Shown piece after piece: positions 42,667 to 51,702 of a stretch of DNA of 64,000 nucleotides; the stretch's first letter is position 1; each line of letters opens with the position of its first letter. The notes below the pieces were generated by a model that was not told where the DNA came from, did not search any database, and was given only the letters and a program-made list of their open reading frames with translations. The DNA comes from Bacteroidia bacterium (GTDB lineage: Bacteria; Bacteroidota; Bacteroidia; NS11-12g; UBA9320). Position numbers and translations under genes: made by a program. The DNA is taken from the NCBI GenBank assembly GCA_018402155.1, contig JAGYJG010000001.1, positions 418,831-482,830 on the forward strand. Direction: 5' to 3'.

Positions 42667-43176
42667 CTATTCGGTAATGAATGCTCCCTTCATTAAACCC
42701 CAGTGTCCTGGATATGAACATATAAATGAATAATCTCCGGCCGCTGGCGTAGTAAAGGTGAAGTATTCCGTTTCTCCTATTTGTACCAAAGGCGAATGAG
42801 CAAGAACATTTTCGTCATTAGGTTTTACATAATGGTTTTCTTTGTATGCTAATCCTGCTTGACCAACTTCGTTTCCTTTTCCTTCACGTATAATTACAAT
42901 ATTGTGCGGCATAGTGGCATCAGTGCTTTGGTTTTCCAGCGCTATAGTTAGCTTCTTGCCAGCGGGTACTTTTATATTTTTTAAGTCAAAACGCATTTCA
43001 CTCATAGTTTCTCCAGTCGCTATAACGCGTATCGTATCTCGTTCATCTAGAGGAATCATTATTTTGGCAGGGGCTGTGCTTAGCTCTTTCTCGTTTTCTT
43101 CGGAAAAACCATCTTTCTGACTTCCACTACAAGCCCATAGGCTGAGTAGAAGGGTGCTGTATACTATGTATTTCAT
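42667..43176 (-). CDS. Cupredoxin (azurin/pseudoazurin-like blue copper) lipoprotein
   Basis: Lipoprotein signal MKYIVYSTLLLSLWAC. The type-1 copper ligand pattern is H...CSYPGHWGLM. Confidence 0.8.
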   Translation of the reverse strand: MKYIVYSTLLLSLWACSGSQKDGFSEENEKELSTAPAKIMIPLDERDTIRVIATGETMSEMRFDLKNIKVPAGKKLTIALENQSTDATMPHNIVIIREGKGNEVGQAGLAYKENHYVKPNDENVLAHSPLVQIGETEYFTFTTPAAGDYSFICSYPGHWGLMKGAFITE

Positions 43177-45815
43177 TATTTTTTGAATAGTCCTTTTAAT
43201 TTATCCTCTGCTTGTTTCTTGACTTCGTCTTTCTTTTTTGCTGTTTCTTTTCGTATTTGCCCTTCAGCTTCTTTTTGCTTCTGCTTTAGTTCTTCTTGTA
43301 ATTTTGCCTTCGCTTCAGAGGCTTTCCGCAAAACTTCCTCTTTTCGCTTGGTGATTTCGTCTGATGCCAATTGTTGAGCATCTTCCTTCTTCTCACTTAG
43401 CTTATTGATAACAGTATTTTTTATGGTTTGTTTCATAGAGTTTTTTATCTCCTTTAAATGCAGTTCTATGATTGGCTTTTTAAAACTTCCTTGTATACGT
43501 ATGGCGATGTCTAAAAAATCATTGGGTTTTAATTTTAAATCACGGAATTGTGTTCCTGCTGTAAGATTGTTAATTATGCTTACTTCATCTTTTACATAGG
43601 AGCTAGGTATGCTAAATATTCCGTTGTAGTTTATTGATCCATCTAATTTTGAGACACCAGATAACAAGAATTTTGCACTGTCTATGGATACATTAAAGGG
43701 GGATACAACTAGTTCTCCATTTTGTATTTTGAAATTGACTAAAAAGTCGTGCAATTGGTTTTCATTAAAATGATTTGTACCTAGTTTTGAGTCTATATCT
43801 TTTAATACTTGCAGTTGGTTTATGACTAAATTTTGAAAGTTCAGTGATCCTCCTAAATTTATGCTTTCTAGTTTGGGCGACATGTCCTTATTTAGCTCAG
43901 CAGCCATAGTTAGCTTAGCTGTGGTCATAGCTTGAATGCTCTCAAAAATTGGAACAAATGCCTTTATCACGTTAAACTTTCGCAGCAAGTCAACTATTTT
44001 TATGTTGGAATAAGAAAAGTCGAAATTGGCCCACGGTTTATGTATATCGTATGTGTAAGATGCATCCAGATTTACACTACCACCCAATAGATCGGTATTT
44101 ATTTGTTGCAGTTTTATAGTTTTGTTCTCTATGCCAACTTTTCCATTAAAATTGGTCAATTCTAAATCGTCGTAAATTAGGTTTTCTATAGAGGCTGTTA
44201 AAGTTAAATTTATGTTGCCAGGCACTTCTACCAATGTCATTTCTGAACTCCCTTCGTTTTCTTCAGTCTTCATTAAAAAGTCATTTATATTCAGTCTTCT
44301 AGAAATGAGTATTGCATCACCTTTCAAGGTCTTATCGGCCAATATATAGGCAAAAAAGTTGTCAAATTTACCAGAGAATTGAATATCGTTATTACCAATC
44401 ATTCCGTTAAATACTGGTATGTTTACGTGATGATCTTGCACAATAATAGTTGCTTTTTCTAGGTCTAAATTGCCACTCATGTCTTCAGTTTTATAACCAA
44501 GATTTTGAGTGTTAATAAACCCACTTGCCTCAAACTTTTCGAAAGCGGAGGCACTGATATCATTCACTCTTCCATTTATATCTATTTTAGCGTCTATTAG
44601 TCCGCTTATTTGCGTGCCTTCTAGAGGTACTATTTTTGTTATATTACCAAGGTCTATTTTTCCTTGAATACCCATATTCAGAAGAATATTGCCAAAAATA
44701 TCTTGCATATGTAGCTTAAGGTCAAAAGGGTCATTTCCCATTTTAAAATGCATTTTCGAAATATCAATTACTGTTTGATTAATATTTCCGTCTTTACTAT
44801 ATACGTGCAGATTTAGGTCGATATCTTCCATTGGTAGTGGTAGTTCTGCATATTTGAAATAACCCTGATTTACTTGCATAGCTATATCGTATGCCGGAAA
44901 AGATGTTTTACTGTATACCCCTCTAAATTGTGCATTCAGGGTTCCGCCACCTTTGGTCTGCATGGTGCCAAAATCTGAGGTGTAAATAGCAGGTATCAAG
45001 GTTAGAAATTTATTGAGGTCGGGGGTTTTAGAATGTATGTCTAAGTCAAAAATCATATCATCGTTATTGAGTTGAATGAAGCCAGTAAGATCTGCATCTA
45101 GTCCGTTGATAGTGAGCGTATTTTTTGGAAGTGCGTATTTATTATTGACTAAATTCACGTCTATCTTACCCACTTGATTTATTTTCCACCTGTTGAGGTA
45201 CGTGGTTCCATCATATATCAAGGCTAGCTGTGTTATATCTGTTTCTGCATCTAGTAAAAATGATTCGGAATTAAAATTACCCGAAGAGGTGTGTGTTATG
45301 CCACGCAAGTGTACATCTGTTTTTGATAAGGCGTCAAGATAGCGAAAATTGCCATCAGTAATTCGTATTTCTGAGAGTTCAAAGTTGATGGGAGTGCCGG
45401 TGCTAGTGTCAGTTACACTAGACACATCCCAATTATTTATACTATCACTAGTTGCCTCAAGGTGTATGAAAGGCTTGTCGAGTAGGATACTCCCAAAAAC
45501 ATACTGCTGCTTTTTGTAAAATTTCATCAAATCAAATGATACTTCAATTTCTTTAGCAGAAAACAGAGTATCATTGGTGTAAAATCCCTCATTGTAGCAC
45601 AGCGATACATCTTTAAGCGAGAGGTTTAAGTTTGGAAAGGATTTAAAAATATTGATACCAATATTCTTATTGAAATGTAATTCTGCTTTTAGGCTTTTAT
45701 TAGCTGCATTTCGTACTGTTTCTATAATTTGGTCTTTGAATATGTATGGCAGGAAAATGGCGGAACTTAGTATCAGTAGTACAAGTATAGATAGACTTAA
45801 AATTATTTTTTTCAT
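43176..45815 (-). CDS. AsmA-family large envelope protein with Lys/Glu-rich coiled-coil C-terminus
   Basis: 879 aa with an N-terminal TM/signal anchor and a long beta-rich body. The tail KKEDAQQLASDEITKRKEEVLRKASEAKAKLQEELKQKQKEAEGQIRKETAKKKDEVKKQAEDKLKGLFKK is charged and repetitive. Confidence 0.65.
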   Translation of the reverse strand: MKKIILSLSILVLLILSSAIFLPYIFKDQIIETVRNAANKSLKAELHFNKNIGINIFKSFPNLNLSLKDVSLCYNEGFYTNDTLFSAKEIEVSFDLMKFYKKQQYVFGSILLDKPFIHLEATSDSINNWDVSSVTDTSTGTPINFELSEIRITDGNFRYLDALSKTDVHLRGITHTSSGNFNSESFLLDAETDITQLALIYDGTTYLNRWKINQVGKIDVNLVNNKYALPKNTLTINGLDADLTGFIQLNNDDMIFDLDIHSKTPDLNKFLTLIPAIYTSDFGTMQTKGGGTLNAQFRGVYSKTSFPAYDIAMQVNQGYFKYAELPLPMEDIDLNLHVYSKDGNINQTVIDISKMHFKMGNDPFDLKLHMQDIFGNILLNMGIQGKIDLGNITKIVPLEGTQISGLIDAKIDINGRVNDISASAFEKFEASGFINTQNLGYKTEDMSGNLDLEKATIIVQDHHVNIPVFNGMIGNNDIQFSGKFDNFFAYILADKTLKGDAILISRRLNINDFLMKTEENEGSSEMTLVEVPGNINLTLTASIENLIYDDLELTNFNGKVGIENKTIKLQQINTDLLGGSVNLDASYTYDIHKPWANFDFSYSNIKIVDLLRKFNVIKAFVPIFESIQAMTTAKLTMAAELNKDMSPKLESINLGGSLNFQNLVINQLQVLKDIDSKLGTNHFNENQLHDFLVNFKIQNGELVVSPFNVSIDSAKFLLSGVSKLDGSINYNGIFSIPSSYVKDEVSIINNLTAGTQFRDLKLKPNDFLDIAIRIQGSFKKPIIELHLKEIKNSMKQTIKNTVINKLSEKKEDAQQLASDEITKRKEEVLRKASEAKAKLQEELKQKQKEAEGQIRKETAKKKDEVKKQAEDKLKGLFKK

Positions 45816-46087
45816 GAAAGTAAACTAGATTCGAAGGTTAATACGAGAGTACGACGTTACAGTCAATTTTTGTTAAATTATTAGATGAAATTATTGAAAT
45901 ATTAGTACAGTAAAAATTATTCTATTCTGCAAATTTTAATACTTAAAAACACATTTTGAATTGTCTATTGTAATTGGAATAAAACAGGCTTTTTACTAAT
46001 GCAAAAAAGTAATAAATGTTGCTATAGTTAGCATACTCTGGATATAGTAAGTTGTGAGAAAAAACAGAGTAAAATAAAATTGAAAAT

Positions 46088-46122
46088 AAAAAAAGCCAGT
46101 GAATAAACACTGGCTTTTTTTA
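46088..46122. terminator. Bidirectional terminator downstream of pruA
   Basis: A7-agccagtg-aataaa-cactggct-T7. Confidence 0.7.
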
Positions 46123-46192
46123 TTTTCAACTACCAAAAACATAGCGTTTATATGTTGAAGTTAGTACAGGAAATTATATTTCGAGTATTTTA

Positions 46193-47818
46193 CTAGCTAT
46201 GAAAAGGGTATTCGTAACTTTTAGGTGCCACAAAGGTTTCTTTTATCGTTCGCATGGAGGTCCATCTCATTAAGTTAATGGGTGCACCAGCTTTATCATT
46301 GGTTCCACTAGCTCTTGCACCACCAAAGGGTTGCTGACCTACAACAGCACCGGTTGGCTTGTCATTGATGTAGAAGTTTCCTGCAGCATTGCGTAGGTGA
46401 TGTAAAGCTTGGTTAATTTGCTCTCTACCTTGGGCAAAAATAGCGCCAGTAAGCGCATACTCTGAAGTGTCATCTAGCAATTTCATGGTTTCTATATATT
46501 GGGCATCCTCATACACATAAATGGTCAGCACAGGACCAAATAGCTCTTCGCACATTGTTGTGTATTTTGGGTTAGAGGTTTCTATGATGGTAGGACGTAT
46601 GAAGTAACCCTCACTATCATCGTAACTGCCACCTGCTATTATTTCAGCATCGCTTGCTTGAGCCACTTTATCGATATAAGTACTCAGTTTTATAAAAGAT
46701 TTTTTATCAATCACCGCATTTATAAAATTGCTAAAATCTTCGGTGGTTCCCATCTTTAGTTTATTGGTATTTTCTACCAACATAGGTTTTAATTCTGGCC
46801 ACATACTAGCAGGAATATAAGCTCTACTAGCAGCACTGCATTTTTGTCCTTGATACTCAAAGGCACCGCGCACCAGAGCTGTATTAACTTGCTGTACGTT
46901 CGCACTTTTGTGTACCATTACAAAATCTTTTCCACCGGTTTCTCCCACTATTCGTGGGTAGCTGCGGTATTTGTTGATGTTATTTCCAATGGTTTTCCAT
47001 ATATGACGAAAAACGCCCGTACTTCCAGTAAAGTGGATTCCGGCAAAATCTTTATGATTGAATACTACTTCGCCTGTAGTTGGGCCGTCCACATATACTA
47101 TATTAATTACTCCTTGTGGTAATCCAGCTTCTTCAAATAATTCCATAATAACTTGAGCACTATATATCTGAGATTCAGCTGGTTTCCATACGACTGTATT
47201 TCCCATCATAGCAGGGGCTGCACAAAGGTTGGCACATATACTCGTAAAGTTGAATGGGGTTAGAGCAAATACAAATCCTTCTAAGGGTCTATATTCCAAT
47301 TGATTCCATACTCCTGGAGAGTTTTCAGGTGGTTGTTGAGCATAAATTTCACTCATATACTGTACATTGAATTTGAAAAAATCTATCATTTCACAAGCGG
47401 CATCAATTTCAGCTTGCATAGCATTTTTCGATTGAGCCAACATTGTAGCAGCATTCATTTTGTCTCTAAAAGGTCCGGCAAGCAAATCTGCAGCTTTTAA
47501 AAATATAGCAGCTCTAGCTTCCCACGGCATACTGGCCCAAGCATCTTTGGCTGCTAGAGCTGCTTCAATAGCCGCTGTTACATGGCTTGCATTACCTTTA
47601 CTATAAGTGCCCAAATTGTGACTTATTTCGTGTGGTGGATGCATTGATATTTTAGTATCAGTATACACTTTTTTATCCCCGATATACATCGGTATATCTA
47701 CCTGAGTGCTTTTTAGTTCTTGAATTTTACTTTTTAGACGTTGTGTTTCCTCAGTGCCAGGAGCATAGGCTATCACGGGTTCGTTTGTTGCTGTCGGTAT
47801 TTTTACTACTTGGTTCAT
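46193..47818 (-). CDS. pruA: L-glutamate gamma-semialdehyde (1-pyrroline-5-carboxylate) dehydrogenase
   Basis: 541 aa with the aldehyde dehydrogenase catalytic region GQKCSAASR and ETGGKD, and the P5CDH-like N-terminus. Confidence 0.9.
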   Translation of the reverse strand: MNQVVKIPTATNEPVIAYAPGTEETQRLKSKIQELKSTQVDIPMYIGDKKVYTDTKISMHPPHEISHNLGTYSKGNASHVTAAIEAALAAKDAWASMPWEARAAIFLKAADLLAGPFRDKMNAATMLAQSKNAMQAEIDAACEMIDFFKFNVQYMSEIYAQQPPENSPGVWNQLEYRPLEGFVFALTPFNFTSICANLCAAPAMMGNTVVWKPAESQIYSAQVIMELFEEAGLPQGVINIVYVDGPTTGEVVFNHKDFAGIHFTGSTGVFRHIWKTIGNNINKYRSYPRIVGETGGKDFVMVHKSANVQQVNTALVRGAFEYQGQKCSAASRAYIPASMWPELKPMLVENTNKLKMGTTEDFSNFINAVIDKKSFIKLSTYIDKVAQASDAEIIAGGSYDDSEGYFIRPTIIETSNPKYTTMCEELFGPVLTIYVYEDAQYIETMKLLDDTSEYALTGAIFAQGREQINQALHHLRNAAGNFYINDKPTGAVVGQQPFGGARASGTNDKAGAPINLMRWTSMRTIKETFVAPKSYEYPFHS

Positions 47819-48513
47819 TTTGCTAATAAGTTTTGTTCTATATCTTTAAAAAATTTCCAATTCCCAAAATCAGGCATCGGAGCGTGCAAATTTAAATTTT
47901 CTCTCGTCACAGGGTGCAAAAATGACAAGCCCAAAGCGTGTAAGTATATACTCTTATCCTCTGTGGGCTTGGTTTGTCCATATTTTACATCGCCTACTAT
48001 ACCGGTAAATGTGCGAGCCAGCTGAACTCGTATCTGGTGTGGTCTCCCCGTGATAGGATTTACCTTCACCAAAAAACAATGGTTTGCAGTATTAATATAT
48101 TGATAATGCAAAACAGCTTTTTTACTTCCTTCTCTTTCTTCTTCGTATAGCTTAGTGCGATTTTGTTTTGGGTCTTTTTTTAGCCAGTGAGTTAAGGTGC
48201 CAGCCATAGGCTGGGGCTTTCTGCGTATGAGTGCAGCATATGTTTTCGTAATATCACGCTCTTTAAATTGAGCATTCATTCGTATTAGTGCTTTACTCGT
48301 GCGTGCAAAGAGTACAATACCTGTTACATTGGTATCTAAACGGTGTATGCAACCTAAAAAGACAGCTCCAGGTTTCTTATATTTCTCTTTTATGTAGGCT
48401 TTTACGTGCATCTCAAGCGATGGAAGGCCATGCTCATTATCCTGCACAACTAACCCGGCTGGTTTACTTACAGCTATAAGGTGATTATCTTCGAAGATTA
48501 CGTGTAAATTCAT
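47815..48513 (-). CDS. RluA-family pseudouridine synthase
   Basis: HRLD..TSG motif (CIHRLDTNVTGIVLFART). Confidence 0.85.
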   Translation of the reverse strand: MNLHVIFEDNHLIAVSKPAGLVVQDNEHGLPSLEMHVKAYIKEKYKKPGAVFLGCIHRLDTNVTGIVLFARTSKALIRMNAQFKERDITKTYAALIRRKPQPMAGTLTHWLKKDPKQNRTKLYEEEREGSKKAVLHYQYINTANHCFLVKVNPITGRPHQIRVQLARTFTGIVGDVKYGQTKPTEDKSIYLHALGLSFLHPVTRENLNLHAPMPDFGNWKFFKDIEQNLLAK

Positions 48514-48562
48514 TTACGTCTTGCAAAGGTAACCATTCGGAGCCTAGGCCAAAGCATAGATG

Positions 48563-49213
48563 CTATTTAAAGAGTGTTGATCGCCCAAATCTTTTGCAAA
48601 TAGGACATTCAGTGGGACGGTGTCCCCTTGCAGGACAGTACTTTCTGCCAAAAAAAATGATTTGTAAATGAACTTTATTCCACGATTCTCTCGGAAAAAT
48701 GGCTTTTAAATCTTTTTCAGTTTTTGCCACATTTTTTCCAGTACTCAATTTCCAACGATATGCCAGCCTATGAATATGTGTGTCTACAGGAAATGCAGGA
48801 ACATCAAACGCTTGACTCATAACAACACTAGCAGTTTTATGCCCCACCGCAGGCAGCGCCTCCAAAGCTTCAAAACTAGAAGGTACTTCCCCATTATATT
48901 GCTCTATGAGTATTTTACTGAGACCATAGATTCCCTTACTTTTCATAGGAGATAATCCACAAGGCCGAATGACTTCTTTTATTTCTTCTACACTTAGTTT
49001 TACCATGTCTTGAGGATTATCTGCTTTTTCAAATAATAACGGAGTGATTTTATTTACACGCTCATCTGTGCATTGAGCAGAAAGCAGCACTGCTATTAAG
49101 AGGGTATAAGGATCTTTGTGATCTAAGGGTATAGGCACCTCCGGAAACTCATCGTCCAAAATTTTATGAATTTGTGCGGCTCTTTCTCTATTGGTCATAT
49201 AATACTTCATCAA
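48563..49213 (-). CDS. nth: Endonuclease III
   Basis: HhH-GPD fold. The C-terminal 4Fe-4S cluster is CPARGHRPTECPIC. Confidence 0.9.
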   Translation of the reverse strand: MMKYYMTNRERAAQIHKILDDEFPEVPIPLDHKDPYTLLIAVLLSAQCTDERVNKITPLLFEKADNPQDMVKLSVEEIKEVIRPCGLSPMKSKGIYGLSKILIEQYNGEVPSSFEALEALPAVGHKTASVVMSQAFDVPAFPVDTHIHRLAYRWKLSTGKNVAKTEKDLKAIFPRESWNKVHLQIIFFGRKYCPARGHRPTECPICKRFGRSTLFK

Positions 49214-50051
49214 AACGTTTGCCTATCCATTTGGTTTCTAAACAATCAGTTACGTGGGCTTTTCGCACTCGCATCTCGGTACCATCTCCTGTAATAAACG
49301 AAAATTGTGGGGTGTGTCCAAAATTCCAATCCCACGTAGAGTATTTAGAGTTGACCAAAGATGATACCTCTGCAACTTCCTCGGGCAATAGTTTTTCTAT
49401 ACTTCGTATATCCAAGTATTGATGCAATTGCTGTATTAATGCGTTCAAAAATTCTGTTGTACTTCCTAAGTCCTTAACTTCTCGTATATTAATCACTGGG
49501 CTACGAACTGAATCTACAGCATGGGTTCTTATGTCTAACTTTTTTTTCGGTTTGATACTGCCATTTAGTTTTACAATATTACTGTCATAGAGCAACGTGC
49601 CATGATGAAGTATTCTTTTCACTTTGCTATTTACGTGTTCTGCATTTCCACTCACTTTATGGTTTTTAACAAAAATATCATTTCGGAGTGATATTTCATT
49701 GGGTATTCCCATTGATGCAAGTGCATTACTAATGGGCTCTATATGCTCCCTGAAATTTACAAAATCTTGGTTTTTATTCCTAATAAAAGAAAAATTTATG
49801 TTTCCGATGTCTTGAAAAACAGTTCCGCCACCACTCAATCTTCGTGCTACGGTATGTGCATCTTTTATTTTACTGCTAGAGGACAGGTCAACTTCTTTCC
49901 AAGGATTTTGATGTTTGCCTATCACAACCGCATCGGTGTTTATGTAAAATAGAAGTATATCCTCGATACTTCGAAGTACGAGGTACTCCTCTAGTGCTAG
50001 ATTAGCATATACCTCTTGAGATTGGGATAGTATGATTTTAAGGCTTTTCAA
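49188..50051 (-). CDS. lplA: Lipoate--protein ligase A
   Basis: NLALEEYL, KHQNPWKE and RRLSGGGTVFQD motifs. It has an apparent TTG start. Confidence 0.85.
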   Translation of the reverse strand: MKSLKIILSQSQEVYANLALEEYLVLRSIEDILLFYINTDAVVIGKHQNPWKEVDLSSSSKIKDAHTVARRLSGGGTVFQDIGNINFSFIRNKNQDFVNFREHIEPISNALASMGIPNEISLRNDIFVKNHKVSGNAEHVNSKVKRILHHGTLLYDSNIVKLNGSIKPKKKLDIRTHAVDSVRSPVINIREVKDLGSTTEFLNALIQQLHQYLDIRSIEKLLPEEVAEVSSLVNSKYSTWDWNFGHTPQFSFITGDGTEMRVRKAHVTDCLETKWIGKRFDEVLYDQ

Positions 50052-50444
50052 ATAATGGGTACGAAGAAAATCAAATAGTTATGTTTTATTGAATTTTTTT
50101 GACTTTTTTGGGTCCTACTTTAGTGCCTATCATCCAAGAATTTATGAATGTGTCTGGGTCTAAGAATTTCATGGTCAACTCTTTTTATGTGAGTCATTTT
50201 TTTGATCATGAAAAAATATCTCTTCTATTATAAAAGTATTGATTTTAAATATTTTCCGAAAAAAACATAATTGTAACACAGTAAACTGTTTTTAAAGTGA
50301 CTGATTTTTTAATCTAGTAAAAATGTTAAGAAATAGTTTTTCACCAAATCTTTAACTTAATGATTGCATAACTGAAATTTCATTTTAGTTTTGTATCATT
50401 AATGGGGGTTAATAAAAGATCTTGCCCTTTATAAGGCTAGATCG

Positions 50445-50480
50445 CCGGATTTTCATTTTTATGAAAATCCGGTTTTTTTT
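50445..50480 (+). terminator. Strong orphan Rho-independent terminator inside a 540 bp intergenic region
   Basis: Perfect 12 bp stem ccggattttcat / atgaaaatccgg with a tttt loop and a T8 run, plus-strand oriented. The nearest annotated upstream gene is more than 390 nt away and on the minus strand. Confidence 0.7.
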
Positions 50481-50590
50481 GCCTAAATTTCGAAAAGTCA
50501 GATATAATCTAAAGCCTTCTGATCTGTTTCCCTAATTCTTTCGATATATAAATCTCCATTCAATAGTCAGAATCGCTCTTTATGTTAGAG

Positions 50591-51550
50591 TTAGTTGTCT
50601 CTGCTTGATAGCATATAAACAATCTCTGAGAGGTAGCTTTGGTCTCCGACGGTATTTATTTGTGCCAAAGTTTCGAGACTTTTTAGATTGTAATGTTCTG
50701 CTAGATTCAAAGTGGCATCTTTGGCGCCAGTTTGAACCATATATCTTTTTACAGAAGTTATTATTTCACTATCAGGCTCAGCATAAAGACTCTCTATCTC
50801 TTTTTGTTGTGAATTTTCTAGCCTGTTCCACATCTCATTCCATAGATAGGTCTTCTTTTTTTCTAGGATGTCACCGCCAATGCGTTTCCCTACTTTGGCA
50901 GTTTCCCCAAAACTGTCTAAGTAATCATCCATCAGTTGAAAAGATAGACCAATAGATATACCTAAATCATATAATTGTTGACTTTGTGCGGTACTTGCTC
51001 CACCCAATAATGCGCCCGCTTGTAGGCTAAACCCGAGCAAAACAGCTGTTTTTTGGTGAATCATATGCAGGTATTCGTCGTTGCTCACATGAGCCATTTG
51101 CTCAAATTGCATATCGTTCATTTGCCCTTCGCATAGCTCTCTTGCCATAGCATTAAAAAGTTTTAAAATGGTAATATCACCTACCTCGGCTAGCTTTTCG
51201 TATACTTCTATCTGTAGCAAATCTCCAGAGAGAATAGCAGTAGCCTCATCCCATTTTATATGAACTGTTTGTTTTCCTCTGCGAATTGGAGATCGGTCCA
51301 TAATATCATCATGTAATAAGGTGAAATTATGAAACATTTCTACAGCCTGTGCTACCTGTATTACCTGAGGAGAATAGTGTTCATTGAATAACTTATAAGC
51401 CGCTAAGACCATAGCTGGTCGTATGCGTTTTCCTCCTAAACCTAAAATATAACTTATAGGTTCGTATACTGCTCTTGGATAACCCGGTTGTTGTGAAATT
51501 TCTGCCATAGCAGGCTTCAATTCAGCGAGTAGTTCTTTCAGTTTATTCAA
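50591..51550 (-). CDS. Polyprenyl diphosphate synthase (trans-isoprenyl diphosphate synthase family)
   Basis: FARM LLHDDIMD and SARM FQLMDDYLD motifs. 319 aa with an apparent TTG start. Confidence 0.85.
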   Translation of the reverse strand: MNKLKELLAELKPAMAEISQQPGYPRAVYEPISYILGLGGKRIRPAMVLAAYKLFNEHYSPQVIQVAQAVEMFHNFTLLHDDIMDRSPIRRGKQTVHIKWDEATAILSGDLLQIEVYEKLAEVGDITILKLFNAMARELCEGQMNDMQFEQMAHVSNDEYLHMIHQKTAVLLGFSLQAGALLGGASTAQSQQLYDLGISIGLSFQLMDDYLDSFGETAKVGKRIGGDILEKKKTYLWNEMWNRLENSQQKEIESLYAEPDSEIITSVKRYMVQTGAKDATLNLAEHYNLKSLETLAQINTVGDQSYLSEIVYMLSSRDN

Positions 51551-51702
51551 GGGTTCAAAGTTAATAAAAATACTAAAAACTAAATATTAAGCCCCGAAAC
51601 TTGAATTGGTATTAAAAAACATCAAAACCTATTTCCAAATACTGCTTAAAATGTGCTCAAAATGGTTGGCATAGACTGAACACATTATCTAACTCTGTGG
51701 TA

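Noticed and set aside
43138-43180. One-nucleotide disagreement between my manual position count and the ORF-track coordinates around 43141 (extra g in ...cccatag|ggctgag...)
   Set aside because: This is most likely my transcription or counting slip rather than a real frameshift. The ORF-track protein (MKYIVYSTLLLSLWAC...) is coherent. Coordinates for features I derived myself are therefore given with a ±1-2 nt caveat.
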